Source of the DNA: Ylistrum balloti
Taxonomy: Eukaryota
Assembly: GCF_031769215.1 (NCBI RefSeq)
Contig: NW_026782106.1
Coordinates: 496,001-560,000 of the forward strand
DNA length: 64,000 nucleotides
Direction of reading: 5' to 3'
A model generated the notes under the pieces. That model made no database searches. It was not told the origin of the DNA and was given only the letters and a program-made list of their open reading frames with translations. This document shows, piece after piece, positions 52,477-64,000 of the stretch (position 1 is the stretch's first letter; every line of letters starts with the position of its first letter). The translations under genes and the position numbers were made by a program.

Positions 52477-52620
52477 CATTTACTCTACTGTATAAATACT
52501 TTAAGTTTTCAGTAAAGTATGAAGTTTTGAACCGCAAAGTAACGATGTTTACATTCAACAGACGACAGCCAACGCCGTTCGACTGTGAACTAATGACTCG
52601 TGGTTTTATATCCAAATAAG
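52477..52620 (-). other. Probable first exon of the ZCWPW1-like gene, ending in ATG|GTAAGT
   Basis: Perfect donor directly after ATG at 52479-52477, next to the GC-richer promoter region. The 5' boundary is approximate. Confidence 0.55.
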
Positions 52621-53003
52621 TGTTACGTTTGATTATGTTCCGAATGTTATTTCCCATACCTCATTGCGGTGTTCATGCGCACATAGAGCACTTGCTACGG
52701 CAGGAGCACGGAGCAGGCAGGAGAGCTGAAGCGGTATTCCTTCTGGAAAGCGGTGTTTAAGACATTTCTTGATTCATTTATGGGACATTTCACGTTAAGT
52801 AAACATCATAAACTACATATTTCAAGAATGCTTTATGCTGGTATGCTATATAAAGTGGCATATATGTAGGTCAATTCACTGTTTTGATGTCCGACTTTGT
52901 TAGTGAAGTAATTTCCCGCTAGGTGGCGGAACTGAATCGTATTTATGTCGTACACGTGCTGATGTCAACATAAAAACACATATTCGTTGTATCAACGTTT
53001 AAA
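52620..53003. promoter_or_regulatory. Putative bidirectional promoter between ZCWPW1-like and MEPCE
   Basis: Only 524 bp separate the divergent ATGs at 52479 and 53004; the interval is CpG-richer and contains TTTCCCGC (52912-52919) and CACGTG (52953-52958). Confidence 0.65.
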
Positions 53004-56000
53004 ATGAGTGTCGAAGTGAAGACTCCGACACGGACTCAGTTCGAGCACACTGAGTTCCATTGTGGCGAGAAGCAGTTAACAAGCCAATCTCCACCGTTGA
53101 GAAAATTTTCATTCGCCGACAATAAGAGCCAGAATGAAGGGAAACAGGTCCGGAAACGTCGCGTTAGCCAGTTTCGTGCAGAGACGAATCAACAACACCA
53201 GACATTTGGCTTCAAGCGGAAAAGGCTCAAGTCCATGCCATCAGAAACAATAGTGCTTCCAACAAAATTTCTTCTTGGAGGAAATATCAATGATCCTTTG
53301 AACTTGAATAGTATGAATGATAAGGAAATTGACAAGGTGTTAAATGAGAAAACTCCAGTGTCCTCACCCTTGCCAACTCCACTTCATAGGCAAAAGGTTG
53401 AGGTTCATATTCCAACAAACATCACTGACCCTTTGAACCTTAATTTAGATGAGGACTGGAATTTAACGAAAGGTGCTAATCGCAACAAGAAAAAGCGCCA
53501 ACACAAAAATAAGAAAAAAGGAGACTGCAGTCAAAACACGTCGGCATCATCAGTTATGTCAGCATCAGTTTTGAAAGAGCCTTGCTCTGAGAAACGAAAA
53601 GGTCTTCTGGAAGCATTAAGAATAGAAATTGATGATGATGACACTGCCGTCCAAATGGCTTCAGATACACGAAATGTATCTGCATTATCAACAGAGACAG
53701 AAAATTCAAAGACTGTGACAGTTAATGTTCCTAATGCAGATAAGATAGTTTCACCTGTTGTCCCACAGATTTCACCTAGTAATTCATTTTACCGACGCCG
53801 ACGGCGGACACTTAGCATGAGTGATGCAAAACCTGAACCATCATCATCAGTGGTGCGATCAATTTTGAGAACATCATTAAGTCCTCCAAGATCATCGCTA
53901 GATCTAGACAAGATCACACCACCAAAAAAGTTAAAAAGACAATTTAGTCAAAAACCTGTAGAAAAGACAGCTTCTTGTTCAAGTTTAAACAAGCAGTTTT
54001 CTAAAAAAGGAAAATTCGTCTATGGCAACTACAATAGATATTATGGGTACAGAAATCCTGACACTGCAGATGATTACAGGCTAATGTCTTTCAGGAAAGA
54101 GTGGTTTGAGGGAAAGGATGCAATTGACATTGGATGCAATGTTGGTCATGTGACATTGGCTATAGCAAAAGAAATGCATCCTCGAAAGATTATAGGGATT
54201 GACATTGATTCTAGTCTGATTGCTGCTGCTAGGAAAAATGTGAGGCATTACATCTCAAAAGAGAATATGGGTTGTGGAAGTTTTCCAATCTCCAATACTC
54301 TGAATTATGGTCCAATTGCTGCTCCACCTGTGAATGAAGTCTACAGCTTTCCAAAATTTCCACACAATGTTGTCTTTGTACAGGTAAATATCAATGTTAA
54401 ATATAAACGTTAAAAAAGCACTAATTAAACTTGTACATGTTACAATTCTTTTTATATATTGGTATTTTCAGAAATATTAAAACCAAAGAATGTACAATGT
54501 TTTAAGAAATAGCTGTTGAAGAGCTAGAGATTGATTTTCTTCTAGGAGAAATAGATCCAATCTTTACTCTTATGAAACAGCAAAGCAGGAACTGTAACTC
54601 TGATAGTTTTCAGACTAGATCAAGAAATTGAAAATGTAACTTGCATGCTCACATAATTGGAAAAGTAGTATCATACCGTTAGTTTGAAACAGACATGTGC
54701 TCAATATATTGTCAGTTCATATATAGCACAAAATCAATGTCCGCATGTTTACAGGGTAACTATGTACTGGAGAGAGAAGAATTACTGGAACTGCAGAAAG
54801 AAGATTATGATGTCATCTTAGCTCTAAGTCTTACCAAATGGGTTCACCTTAATTTTGGTGATGATGGACTAAAGCGAATGTTTAAGAGAATTTATCGGCA
54901 GCTGCGGCCAGGGGGACGGCTGATCTTAGAGCCTCAGCCATGGTCTTCCTACAAGAAGAAGAAGAAGCTCACAGTAAATATTTTCTATTACAATGGCCAC
55001 CATTCAGAACTAATAACATAATGTGTGATTTATCAAGTCAAACCTTGGAAATAAATTTCAATGTGTATTGCCAATTATTTGAATCAGGGAAATTGAATAT
55101 ATGAAAGTTTGGAACACAAGATTTCCAAAACTGCTCACTTTAATAACTGAAACAATTTTGATCATGTCGTTGAAAAAGATCAAATAGGAGTAAATGTTTC
55201 AATTGCTTTGTTCTTTGCTCTATAGAATAATGAAAACAATTTTATGTATTTTCAGCCGGAGATTTTTGAGAACTTCAAAAGAATTTCTCTAAAGCCAGAG
55301 CAGTTCTCAGACTACCTGTTGTCTAAAGAGGTTGGATTCTCCACTTGTGAGGTTGTAGACACTCCCTTCAACAAGTCCAAAGGTATGTATAGTTTTATAA
55401 TATATTATGTACATGTTTGTTTCATCGAAATTCCCTGATAGGGTGTGAGAAGGTATGGGGATACCTGTAGATATTCCCTGGGTACTGGACAAAATTACAA
55501 TGGAAATTCCACAAGTATGTTGATGATTGAAAACATTGAAATGTCTTGTTGATATTACATTTGATGCAAAGTTTACCACATACCATAAGGGTAATACAAA
55601 TTTTCTTTTTTCTTCTCCTTTCTTTGTAGAAATTTTCAAAAATTTGACAGTTGTAAAATTCTTTAGGTGTTATACAAGTATATGAACTTGTGCTCAAATA
55701 CAGTATCAGGATACATTAATGTTGTAATTTTCAAAATATTCAGTCAAGTTTCCAAGGAATATGGTAGCAGTTTTTCCTTGGTATTTTGAAACTAGAGGTG
55801 TCTTCTACTCCACCTTCAATGTGTATATTGTATAGGAGAGTTCTTTAAAACTGATGCTAGTGATGTTGGATTTTAACAATTTGGAGGTGTGTGATAAGGG
55901 TGTGTATGTGATAATATTTTTTGGGCAAAGGTACATACACAGTAAAAGTTCTGTAAAACAAATTTTTGATCATGTTATGGCACTGCTTGGCACCTTTAGA

Positions 56001-56379
56001 TCAGAAGTTCTTGTTCTGCAGAGGAGAAAAGAATTGTAATTTATTAATCTCTTTTCCAGGTTTCCGCAGGACTATCCAGCTCTTCACAAAAGCAGAAACT
56101 GCAGCTAACAGCCCAAAACAAGATGAACCTGCAACTAATAATGAAACTATTAGCAGCCAGAAACAGGACTCAAAAACTGATGGGACAACCACTTGCAGCC
56201 CAAAACAGGATAACTCGGCAACTAATAATGAGACAACAACTTGCAGCCCAAAACAGGATAACTCTGCAATCGATACAGCAGTGAAGGCTTCAACAGAATC
56301 AAATCCAGATCAACCTTCTGAAGCCATGGAAACATTTGTTACACTAAATACGACAGAGGCAGAAGAGTGCAGACAGTAG
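53004..56379 (+). CDS. MEPCE: 7SK snRNA methylphosphate capping enzyme (Bin3 family), about 681 aa
   Basis: Exons 53004-54383, 54755-54973, 55256-55382 and 56060-56379 (2046 nt). Motifs [31 protein letters not shown]-binding [69 protein letters not shown] and GFRRTIQLF. Confidence 0.96.
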
Positions 56380-59300
56380 AATGAATGGGTTTTAGAACTG
56401 AAGAAACTTTTGGTTATTTTGAATTGTAACATTATCAAGATGTAAATACAATACACTGATATAAATTGTGTTTGTTGGAATCTAACTGCCATCTTTAATG
56501 CTATATAAAATGGCTTACGTTAATGATCACATTGATAAGAACCAGATCTTAGGGAGGAGTAACAGGCAGAAGTGTTGCATTATTATCAGTACCACAATGT
56601 TTAATCATTTCAGCTGCAATATTAATATTCTTTTCTAACACATTAACTAGTGCAATTTCTGAAATATATTCTTAATACATGGTTAAATGGTTTTTGTCTC
56701 GCCTAGAACGCAAAGTCAAAGACTGGTGTTATTTTTCCTGCAGTGGCAACCATAGCAACATCTACATTTCTCTGTCAAGTTTTGTATGTAAACTTGTTCA
56801 ATTTTAACCAAATAGGTAGATTTACAAAATATTTTCCAGATGATTTCAGGTGAACTCAGAAAATTAAGTTTGCTTAGAAACTGTACTTGAGTGTTGTATT
56901 TAGATAAGTTTCTCTATTAAATACAATGTTTATTCCAATGGAATTTTGAATACACTTTCATTGTAGTAGAGACATCTAAAGCAACCAAATAGATTCTATG
57001 AATTTTATATTTTAGTGTATTTTTGGGATGAAAATTTTGAGAAATGGTTACTATAATGTCTTCAGGACTTTAATTTTACTGTCACATTAAAACAAGTACT
57101 GTGGTATATCGGACAAGTTTTCCTCTCCCTCCTATGAAAGAGTGATATCTGGAGTAAAAATTTTCCTTATGTTTCAAAATTTTAAAAAAGTTCCAAAATT
57201 TCGATATGGTTACCTGCATGTCAAAAGTGTTTACATATTATTAGTTAAAATAAACTTGGAAGTTTGGTATTGGGAGGGTGACATTTTTTTGTATTTGTCA
57301 TTTTGTTTACAAATTACCATACTATTATTGAATAAAGCAGGACAGGCGAGATAAATAATAACACATAATTCTTACATGCATTTACATACTAAACAACTCC
57401 TAGATGAAAGCTGTTGATATTTTCTGTCTAGTCATTATACAAGAAAACAACCATACTACCATGATGTCCTGAACCATTAAACTAATTAAAAAATACATAC
57501 TGATGAAGACTAATTTGGACATTTTTCACTGGAAATTATCTGCTTCAAACTAATGACTATGTATTGTAGCATTTGTTTCAACCTTGAATTCTCAAATAAA
57601 TCTACATTCAATGAAAACCATATGGATAAATTAACTGAACAAACATTTTATTAAGGAGAACTTGAAACTTGACTTTTCAATAGTTGGAGGAGATGCAACC
57701 AGTCAACTTCTTAGTAAAACATATCTCTCCACTGGACTTCTGGTTTTGTTTAGGGGTATCTGACCCATAGAATTTAATAGATAATACCAGGTGATGGGAA
57801 CATGAAACTGAATCATGGATAGCAATGATTGGTTTTGGAGTCACAGGAGTGAGCTGATGGTTCAATGGAATATATCAAACTACTCCTAACAAAACCCAGA
57901 ATGGAAGTGTAGGATGTTTTACTGGAATATCTGGTAACTATTTTGTGAATGATGAGGAAACAGAATTCATGGGTCAGATATAAGCAGTAATTTTTTGGTT
58001 TTTTTTCTGACAGAGCACCATTTCCGTAGTTTTGATGCGTCCAGTTATAAAGAGATTCACAGGAAAAGCATGAATTAAGGACTGAAATATATGTCCCAGA
58101 AATCTTTGAATATGTCATTCCTACCAATTAATTAACACAGCAATGTTGTTTGATAAGAGCTACATCCCAGCCATAATGTTGAAAAGGCCAAACATATTAA
58201 TTCCAACCAAAAACAAGGGACACTGCTGTTGGAGAGAAAAATATAGGAACAGTTTGCATGTAATTATGGGTGTGAAAGGCCGGTACATTGTGCTGCCTGA
58301 AGAATTAATTGTTATCTAGAAAAAAACTTATTCCTTTTTGTGTATCACAAGTCACAACTTTTTAAAGTGCTTCTTCCTAAAAACAGTCCTAACTCCAGGT
58401 TCGGAGTTGTTTATTTAAGAAACTATGAATAGACAATTTTTTGTGGCAGACTCTACATATTGATTGGTTGTAAAGGATGGCGAGAAAACTTGTTGGTAAA
58501 GCGATATGCGGTAACATGTACCCGAGTGTCCTGTATAAATAAGTAGTGCTTGGAGGAATGCCAATGAGCTTATTGACTTTAAATGTAAATCTTCAACAGT
58601 ATATCAATGCAAATTTTCAAAGCACCTTTTTTTTGTATTGTTTTTCAATCTCCGGTGTGCAGATAATGATTCAAATTCAAATAACTGAAGTTTCAGTTTT
58701 TCATTTTATTACTATTGTGAAATTTTTAAAAATGCATTGTCTTCATATACTGTTAAAAACCTGACCAATGATCATGATCAGTAACTGATTTAAGATGTCA
58801 TTGCTTATATCCATATATATACTTATGAAATGATCCTTGTTCTAGCCTAGATCTGAATATTGCATAAGTGTTCATTTTTGGTTAATGTGAAATTTGCTTT
58901 TTTAACAAAAATACTTTTGTACTTATATGAATGACGATGACCAACATCATTTAACAGTAATCATATATTTTTCAAAAGCATTAAATTGTTGTATCCTGTA
59001 CAATTATCATATTACTGTTATATACGGCTTAAATGCTGTATAATAATGTGTGCTAAAATTGCTGAGCTTGTTAACATGATCTTAATTATGAAAAAATTGT
59101 AAATGAAGCTGACAAAAGTTTCTTGTGCAATTTCTGCCATGTCCATCTACTGGTCTTTAGCTTCATCATGTTATAAGGTACACTGAATAAAATTCAGTTG
59201 AGTCAAAATTGTTGTCTTATCCGTGTTGTCACTCTCTAGTAATAGTTCCTTATCCTGAAAAGGCTTAATAAAGGATTGATGAAGTAATTTACCCATTTAG

Positions 59301-59949
59301 GGGCAAGGTAGAGGAATTTTGCCTGAAGGGGAAGATCAGATTATATGTGAGAGTTGCTTAGTTTCTGCAACTTAATTTTTCTCAGAGGGTCGATATTCCC
59401 ATTTCTTACCCACAAGGTGGTGAATGATTACTTTTTTGGTCATCTGACCTGAAGTCATGATATGATTCTGAGATGTTCCTGACCAAGTGTTGTTAATTTT
59501 TTTGGGTATGTCTGAAAGCCAAGATGGCCTCCATCTTAAAAACATATTTTAAACTTCTTCTCCAGTTTCACTGGTGCCTGTTATTTTTCAACCTTGTCAA
59601 AACCTCAACACAGCAGCCAGGAAAGCCATTGGGATTAAGCTCCAACTTGTCTGAAATGATCCTGAGATGGTCCTAACCAAGTGTTGTTATTTTTCAGGTC
59701 GGTCTGAAATCCAAGATTGCCACCATACATCACGGTCAAGAAAAAAACTTCATTTGAACTCAGAATTGGTGAAACAAAAGGCAAAACATGAATGAAAGAA
59801 TGAATTACACTGAAACCTTAACAACCATGGTAGAGACAACCAGGTGTGAAGAGGAAGAATCTTCTGCTTCCTCAACACCCACCATGTAAATCTGGGTCTA
59901 TGTAAGTAATGTCACATTCTCAAATGTAAAATGAAATTGAGATTAACAA

Positions 59950-60185
59950 TGGGATCAATGTCAAAAGAAATAAAGCACAGAAGATGGTGATGCATTGGGG
60001 ATGTCTGCAATGAGATGGAAGACCCAAGGAAACCTGGAGGCAGTCGGTCAAGAAGGAGATGAAGGAAGCATGATGGATATGGGAACAGGTACAATGATCA
60101 CATGAAAGACAGTACTGGAAGTCTCTGGTGATAGCCGTATGTGTGACAGGGCACAAAGAGGATTAAGGAAATCAGTAATGCTAAT
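59950..60185 (+). mobile_element. 3' end of an RTE-clade LINE
   Basis: Reads MHW...GRPKETWRQSVKKEMKEA*WIWEQVQ...RQYWKSLVIAVCVTGHKED*, the characteristic RTE C-terminus, followed by a TAA-rich tail. Confidence 0.8.
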
Positions 60186-60654
60186 GAGTATGGAATTGCA
60201 CAATGAATCTAACTTGATATTTTGCAGGAGAAAAAAAGACAATATCCCAATAAATTAATGTGTCATGATAAAACTTCCCCGACATCTTCATTCATCATCC
60301 CCAATGCTCATCATACCCTGTATTGTGAGATTATCAAGTGGCTGTGAAAATGTTGCACAGAAATCATGATATTGAGAGAAAGTTCATTAATATGGGAGCG
60401 AATGTGATGTAAACAAAGGTTTTGTTAGCAGGTATGTTACTATCTAGAAATGGAAAATTAATAAAAGGGAATTCAAAATCATCATGAATGCTACAAAGTC
60501 CCTGTTTGTTTCTTTGCAGGAGATCTTAGTACTTGGATTGGAAGTATATCAGTCCTATCAGGATTTTCTACTAGTGTTAACAGTATGTAAAAGGAGCTGG
60601 TTGGTGTGGCTTGTATATGTGCTAAATCTGGTCTATGCCACTCAGCTGAAAGAG

Positions 60655-60730
60655 CATGCTTCTTCAGTTGGTAGAGCGTCTAGATTATTATGTCAGAGAC
60701 CTGTGCTCAATTCATGGTCAGGGCACTTGA
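60655..60730 (+). mobile_element. Degenerate tRNA-derived SINE head
   Basis: CAGTTGGTAGAGCGTCTAGA (tRNA D-arm-like) followed by a decayed B-box (GCTCAATTC). Confidence 0.4.
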
Positions 60731-61661
60731 CATGAATGTGTATTTTCCCTGTTCTTCCACAAGTATACTGAATGACAATACATGTACATTTGTATGAAAT
60801 AATGTGACTGGTGTCACTGCCTGAAAATGTTACCCCAGATACCCACAATTTTGTACAGAAATTCTCCTAAGCATATATACCTTACATATTGCAGTCATAT
60901 TGATAATCAAACATAAGCAATGTCCTATTTTGAAAGGGAGATGCGGGTTGAGAAAGCTCAGTTTGTAACTGAAGATCTGATGTGTGCTTCAACTACAGAT
61001 AGTTTGTGTTTGTCAGAAAAAAACAGACCATCCTGCATAAGCTGTAGCAGTTGTATACATGGGCAACACGTTTTGCCCCAATTGCTCGGGATGGTTTGCA
61101 ATGGGCCTTCTGTATGTTTTTCATTGAGGTAGTCACCAACTGTATGACTACAAGGAGATCCTGCATCAGAGCATCCTTGATTTCCGACAGGGAGATAAAC
61201 CAAATGAAAAACAAGCAATCATATTTTGTATTATAAGGTTATGCAGGATAGTGTAATTAGGACTTGTAATGAAACAAACACATACCATGATTTGTTTATA
61301 ATTTATTACCTGTTATCACAATGGTAAAAGATAGATAAATATAGACCAAATGTCAGATATTCAGCCTGGAAGTCTTCCCAAATGTATCACAGAACAAAAC
61401 TGATTGTTGTGTCAATGGTTACACACTTCAAAAATTGACATTTACTTTGACTTACAAATGGAAATATCATCAAATTTCACTGTTACTGGTGAGCCAAAGA
61501 ATTGTTCACTTGGTGCCAATCTTCAATATTTCAAAAACAAATTTTCAAGCATACTTGTCATCATTACACCATGGATGGTATAGATTTAATGTGCTAACCT
61601 GTTTAACAGTATTGAAATAATATAAATTATCACAGATAGGTAGGAGGTATAAAGTTTATGA

Positions 61662-62932
61662 CTATTCTGACACAACCATTGCTCGGAGCATCACTTTGAG
61701 TTGTTCTGTGACATCTCCTTTCAGTGTCAGAGTGACAGTCCCATCTACAATCTGGTTGGGCTGAAATAAAGTATACAAGACATTTAGATTGACTATATAT
61801 AAAGATACATCAAAGACCATGATGATTGAAACAATATTTGATGTTCATTGTATGATACTTGGGCGTAATTAACATTCTTCATGTCATACTGACAATTTGT
61901 AAACACTCTGATTGTTATTGTATCTATTTATAAACGATCAATTCTGTTTTAACTGCCCAAAATAGTTGAAAAAGTGTTGGGATATATTTTTTATTGGACA
62001 AATCCAGACAAATAGTATTAATTCTTTATATCTCTTTTTCCCTAAACTTCTGTTTACTGTAAAACCAATCATTTTTATTGAGGATTTATTTTCGTCAATT
62101 TCATGGTTGCTCTCAATCCACAAATTCATATTCTCAAACTGTTAAAATATAAGTATCATTAGATTTCCTGAGCTATATTTTATCTTCGAAAGCAATTGTC
62201 CATGAAATAGTAACTTTTTTGAAAAGCCATGATGATGCTGAATATTGATACATGAAAAGATAAGAAATTTTGATTCTATTATAACTCCATTAAGATGACT
62301 TAAACCTATATAACTTTTTCATAAAGAAGATTTTCAACAAGAAATACATACATCATGACCAGGAGGAGGTGTCCAAGTGAATGTGACAGGTTTTAAAATA
62401 CCAGCTTCCACCATACCCTACAAAAAACAGGTTACAATTAAAACATGATGTGCAAACTTGACAACAGGAGGCAATAGTGACACCAAGCAAGTGTTAAGTG
62501 ACTAAAATGTGCTTATTAAACTGGTTTACCCAGATTTCTATGAAACAACGTCTTGAGGTTATTTGGTCAAAATTCAAAGGAAATCGGAAAGCTGATATCA
62601 TTAGTGTCACAATGTAATGTAACCTGAGGACAACTTTCTGCTCAAAATTTTTCACCATTAAGTTGTTAGAGAACTTGACCCTGTCAATTTAAAAGGCTCT
62701 AAATATTCTTTGAGTTTATTCTTGTCTGCTGAAAGGTAAAAAGCTGAAATAGCAGATGAAAAAGTTATTAAATATATAATTAGATAAAACTTCTAACATT
62801 GTGATCAGCTACTAGACTGATGATATACGAGAACAACACCTTTCAAAACTGAAATTATCCTACCTTCTGTGGCTCTATGCCAAAGCCTTTAGCAATAATG
62901 GGCTGTACATTATCAAACTGGAATTCACCGTT
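61662..62932 (-). CDS. CFAP74: Cilia- and flagella-associated protein 74, last coding exons (gene continues off the right edge)
   Basis: Phase-0 exons 62932-62864 (NGEFQFDNVQPIIAKGFGIEPQK), 62417-62352 (GMVEAGILKPVTFTWTPPPGHD) and 61760-61662 (PNQIVDGTVTLTLKGDVTEQLKVMLRAMVVSE*). The joined peptide matches the CFAP74 C-terminus pattern KGFSIEP..G.VE.G..K.I..SW.PP..FDP......LL.L.GDV.E..KV as I recall it. Confidence 0.78.
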
Positions 62933-64000
62933 CTGAAAAGGCAACAAGAAATCAAGTCATTAAGAAGGTTTTATGGTCAGACGTGGAGTCATAGATAATT
63001 TTTTATCAGTAGTAATGTTTATATTTACATGTTGTGGTAAGTAGTGGTAAATCACAAGCAAAAATATACTGTGGGCACATGATTTCACAGATAACAAAGC
63101 TCAATAAATCTAAAAATAAATGAAAATAAATACCCCACAAAAAAAGAACAATTTCACAGTATCACTTCAGAATTAACAAAACCAGGAAATAAGATCAATT
63201 GCTGTTTAGAAATATTAATAAGATATTTAATTTCAATGTTCTTGTAATAAGCCCACCCCAAACTTTGAGTTAACCTTCCAAGTTTAATCCAGGACAGATT
63301 TGTGTGATACCTTCAAGAATATAGTTTCCATATATCCTTGTTTCCAATACCTTTATCATGACATACTGACACCAAAATCAATGTTAAGATTGGATTAATT
63401 ATCATCGCTGATATAATTTTATGTAGTCTGAGTATTTTGAAATATTACATAAAAGATCACTATATTTTAGGCCTTGATACAAGCATTTCAATTTAATTCT
63501 ACATTGGACACTGTAAGCATAAGTATACTTTAGTGTGCTCTAAAACATCCTTCATAATATCCTACCTTGACAGTTGGCAAATTGGTGAAATGCATTTTAT
63601 TTAAAATATGCAGAAACAATAACAAACACAGTTGCATTGTACAATAATATTACCTGTAAACAGCAGTTAGAATGATCATTTCATAAACACAAACATACAT
63701 GCAAACATTTATATGTAACATAGACACAATATAAGGTTTAGTTTGATTTCTGTAGTGAATGGCCTACCTTGGAGCCTCGTGCATCCTATTGGTTGTTAGA
63801 TGTCACATGATCACAGGATGGTGAGTGATTGGTTAGGTAGCATGGTATACGCAGCAGTGGAAGGTGAGGGAGGAATTACAGTGATATATATTAGTATTTT
63901 AGTGCGGCAGAAAACAAAAAAAACTTATGGAACAAAACATGACAGATTGTATCTAAATGACCGCTGGATTCAAATTGATTAATAACGATACAGACTGTAT

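Noticed and set aside
53260-53445. Duplicated DPLNL motif in the MEPCE N-terminus
   Set aside because: As I recall, vertebrate MEPCE also has two such motifs, so it is not novel.
60920-61236. Overlapping 60-86-aa ORFs
   Set aside because: They lie downstream of the CFAP74 stop, probably in its 3' UTR or flank, with no motif support.
63768-63785. 18-nt CFAP74 micro-exon (DARGSK)
   Set aside because: Splice signals and phase fit, but it is too short to support without transcripts.

Overview
AT-rich eukaryotic genomic DNA with GT-AG introns. The repeat families and genes suggest a bivalve mollusc, probably an oyster (inference). Left third: three tandem minus-strand C-type lectin genes. Two are complete type-I membrane receptors (signal peptide, CTLD, Thr-rich mucin stalk, TM helix, NPxY tail); the third has a Pro/Thr stalk and may continue off the left edge. 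Centre and right: an 18-coding-exon ZCWPW1-like gene (zf-CW + PWWP, minus strand) head-to-head with MEPCE (7SK capping methyltransferase, plus strand), then the last exons of CFAP74 (minus strand). Intervening DNA holds decayed retroelements (I-type LINE with RNase H, CR1/L2-like, RTE, Penelope-like, DIRS-like), Helentron-associated non-autonomous repeats, a TIR element with a 5-bp TSD, tRNA-derived SINE heads and several minisatellites. Most notable: (1) a 39-bp minisatellite built from an exon end plus its 5' splice site, giving one lectin gene a ladder of 11 in-frame splice donors; (2) a tandem pair of minimal hammerhead ribozymes able to fold as a double hammerhead; (3) the ZCWPW1-MEPCE divergent pair, which matches the human arrangement as I recall it. 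All gene models were built by hand from splice signals and phase arithmetic; no database search was run.
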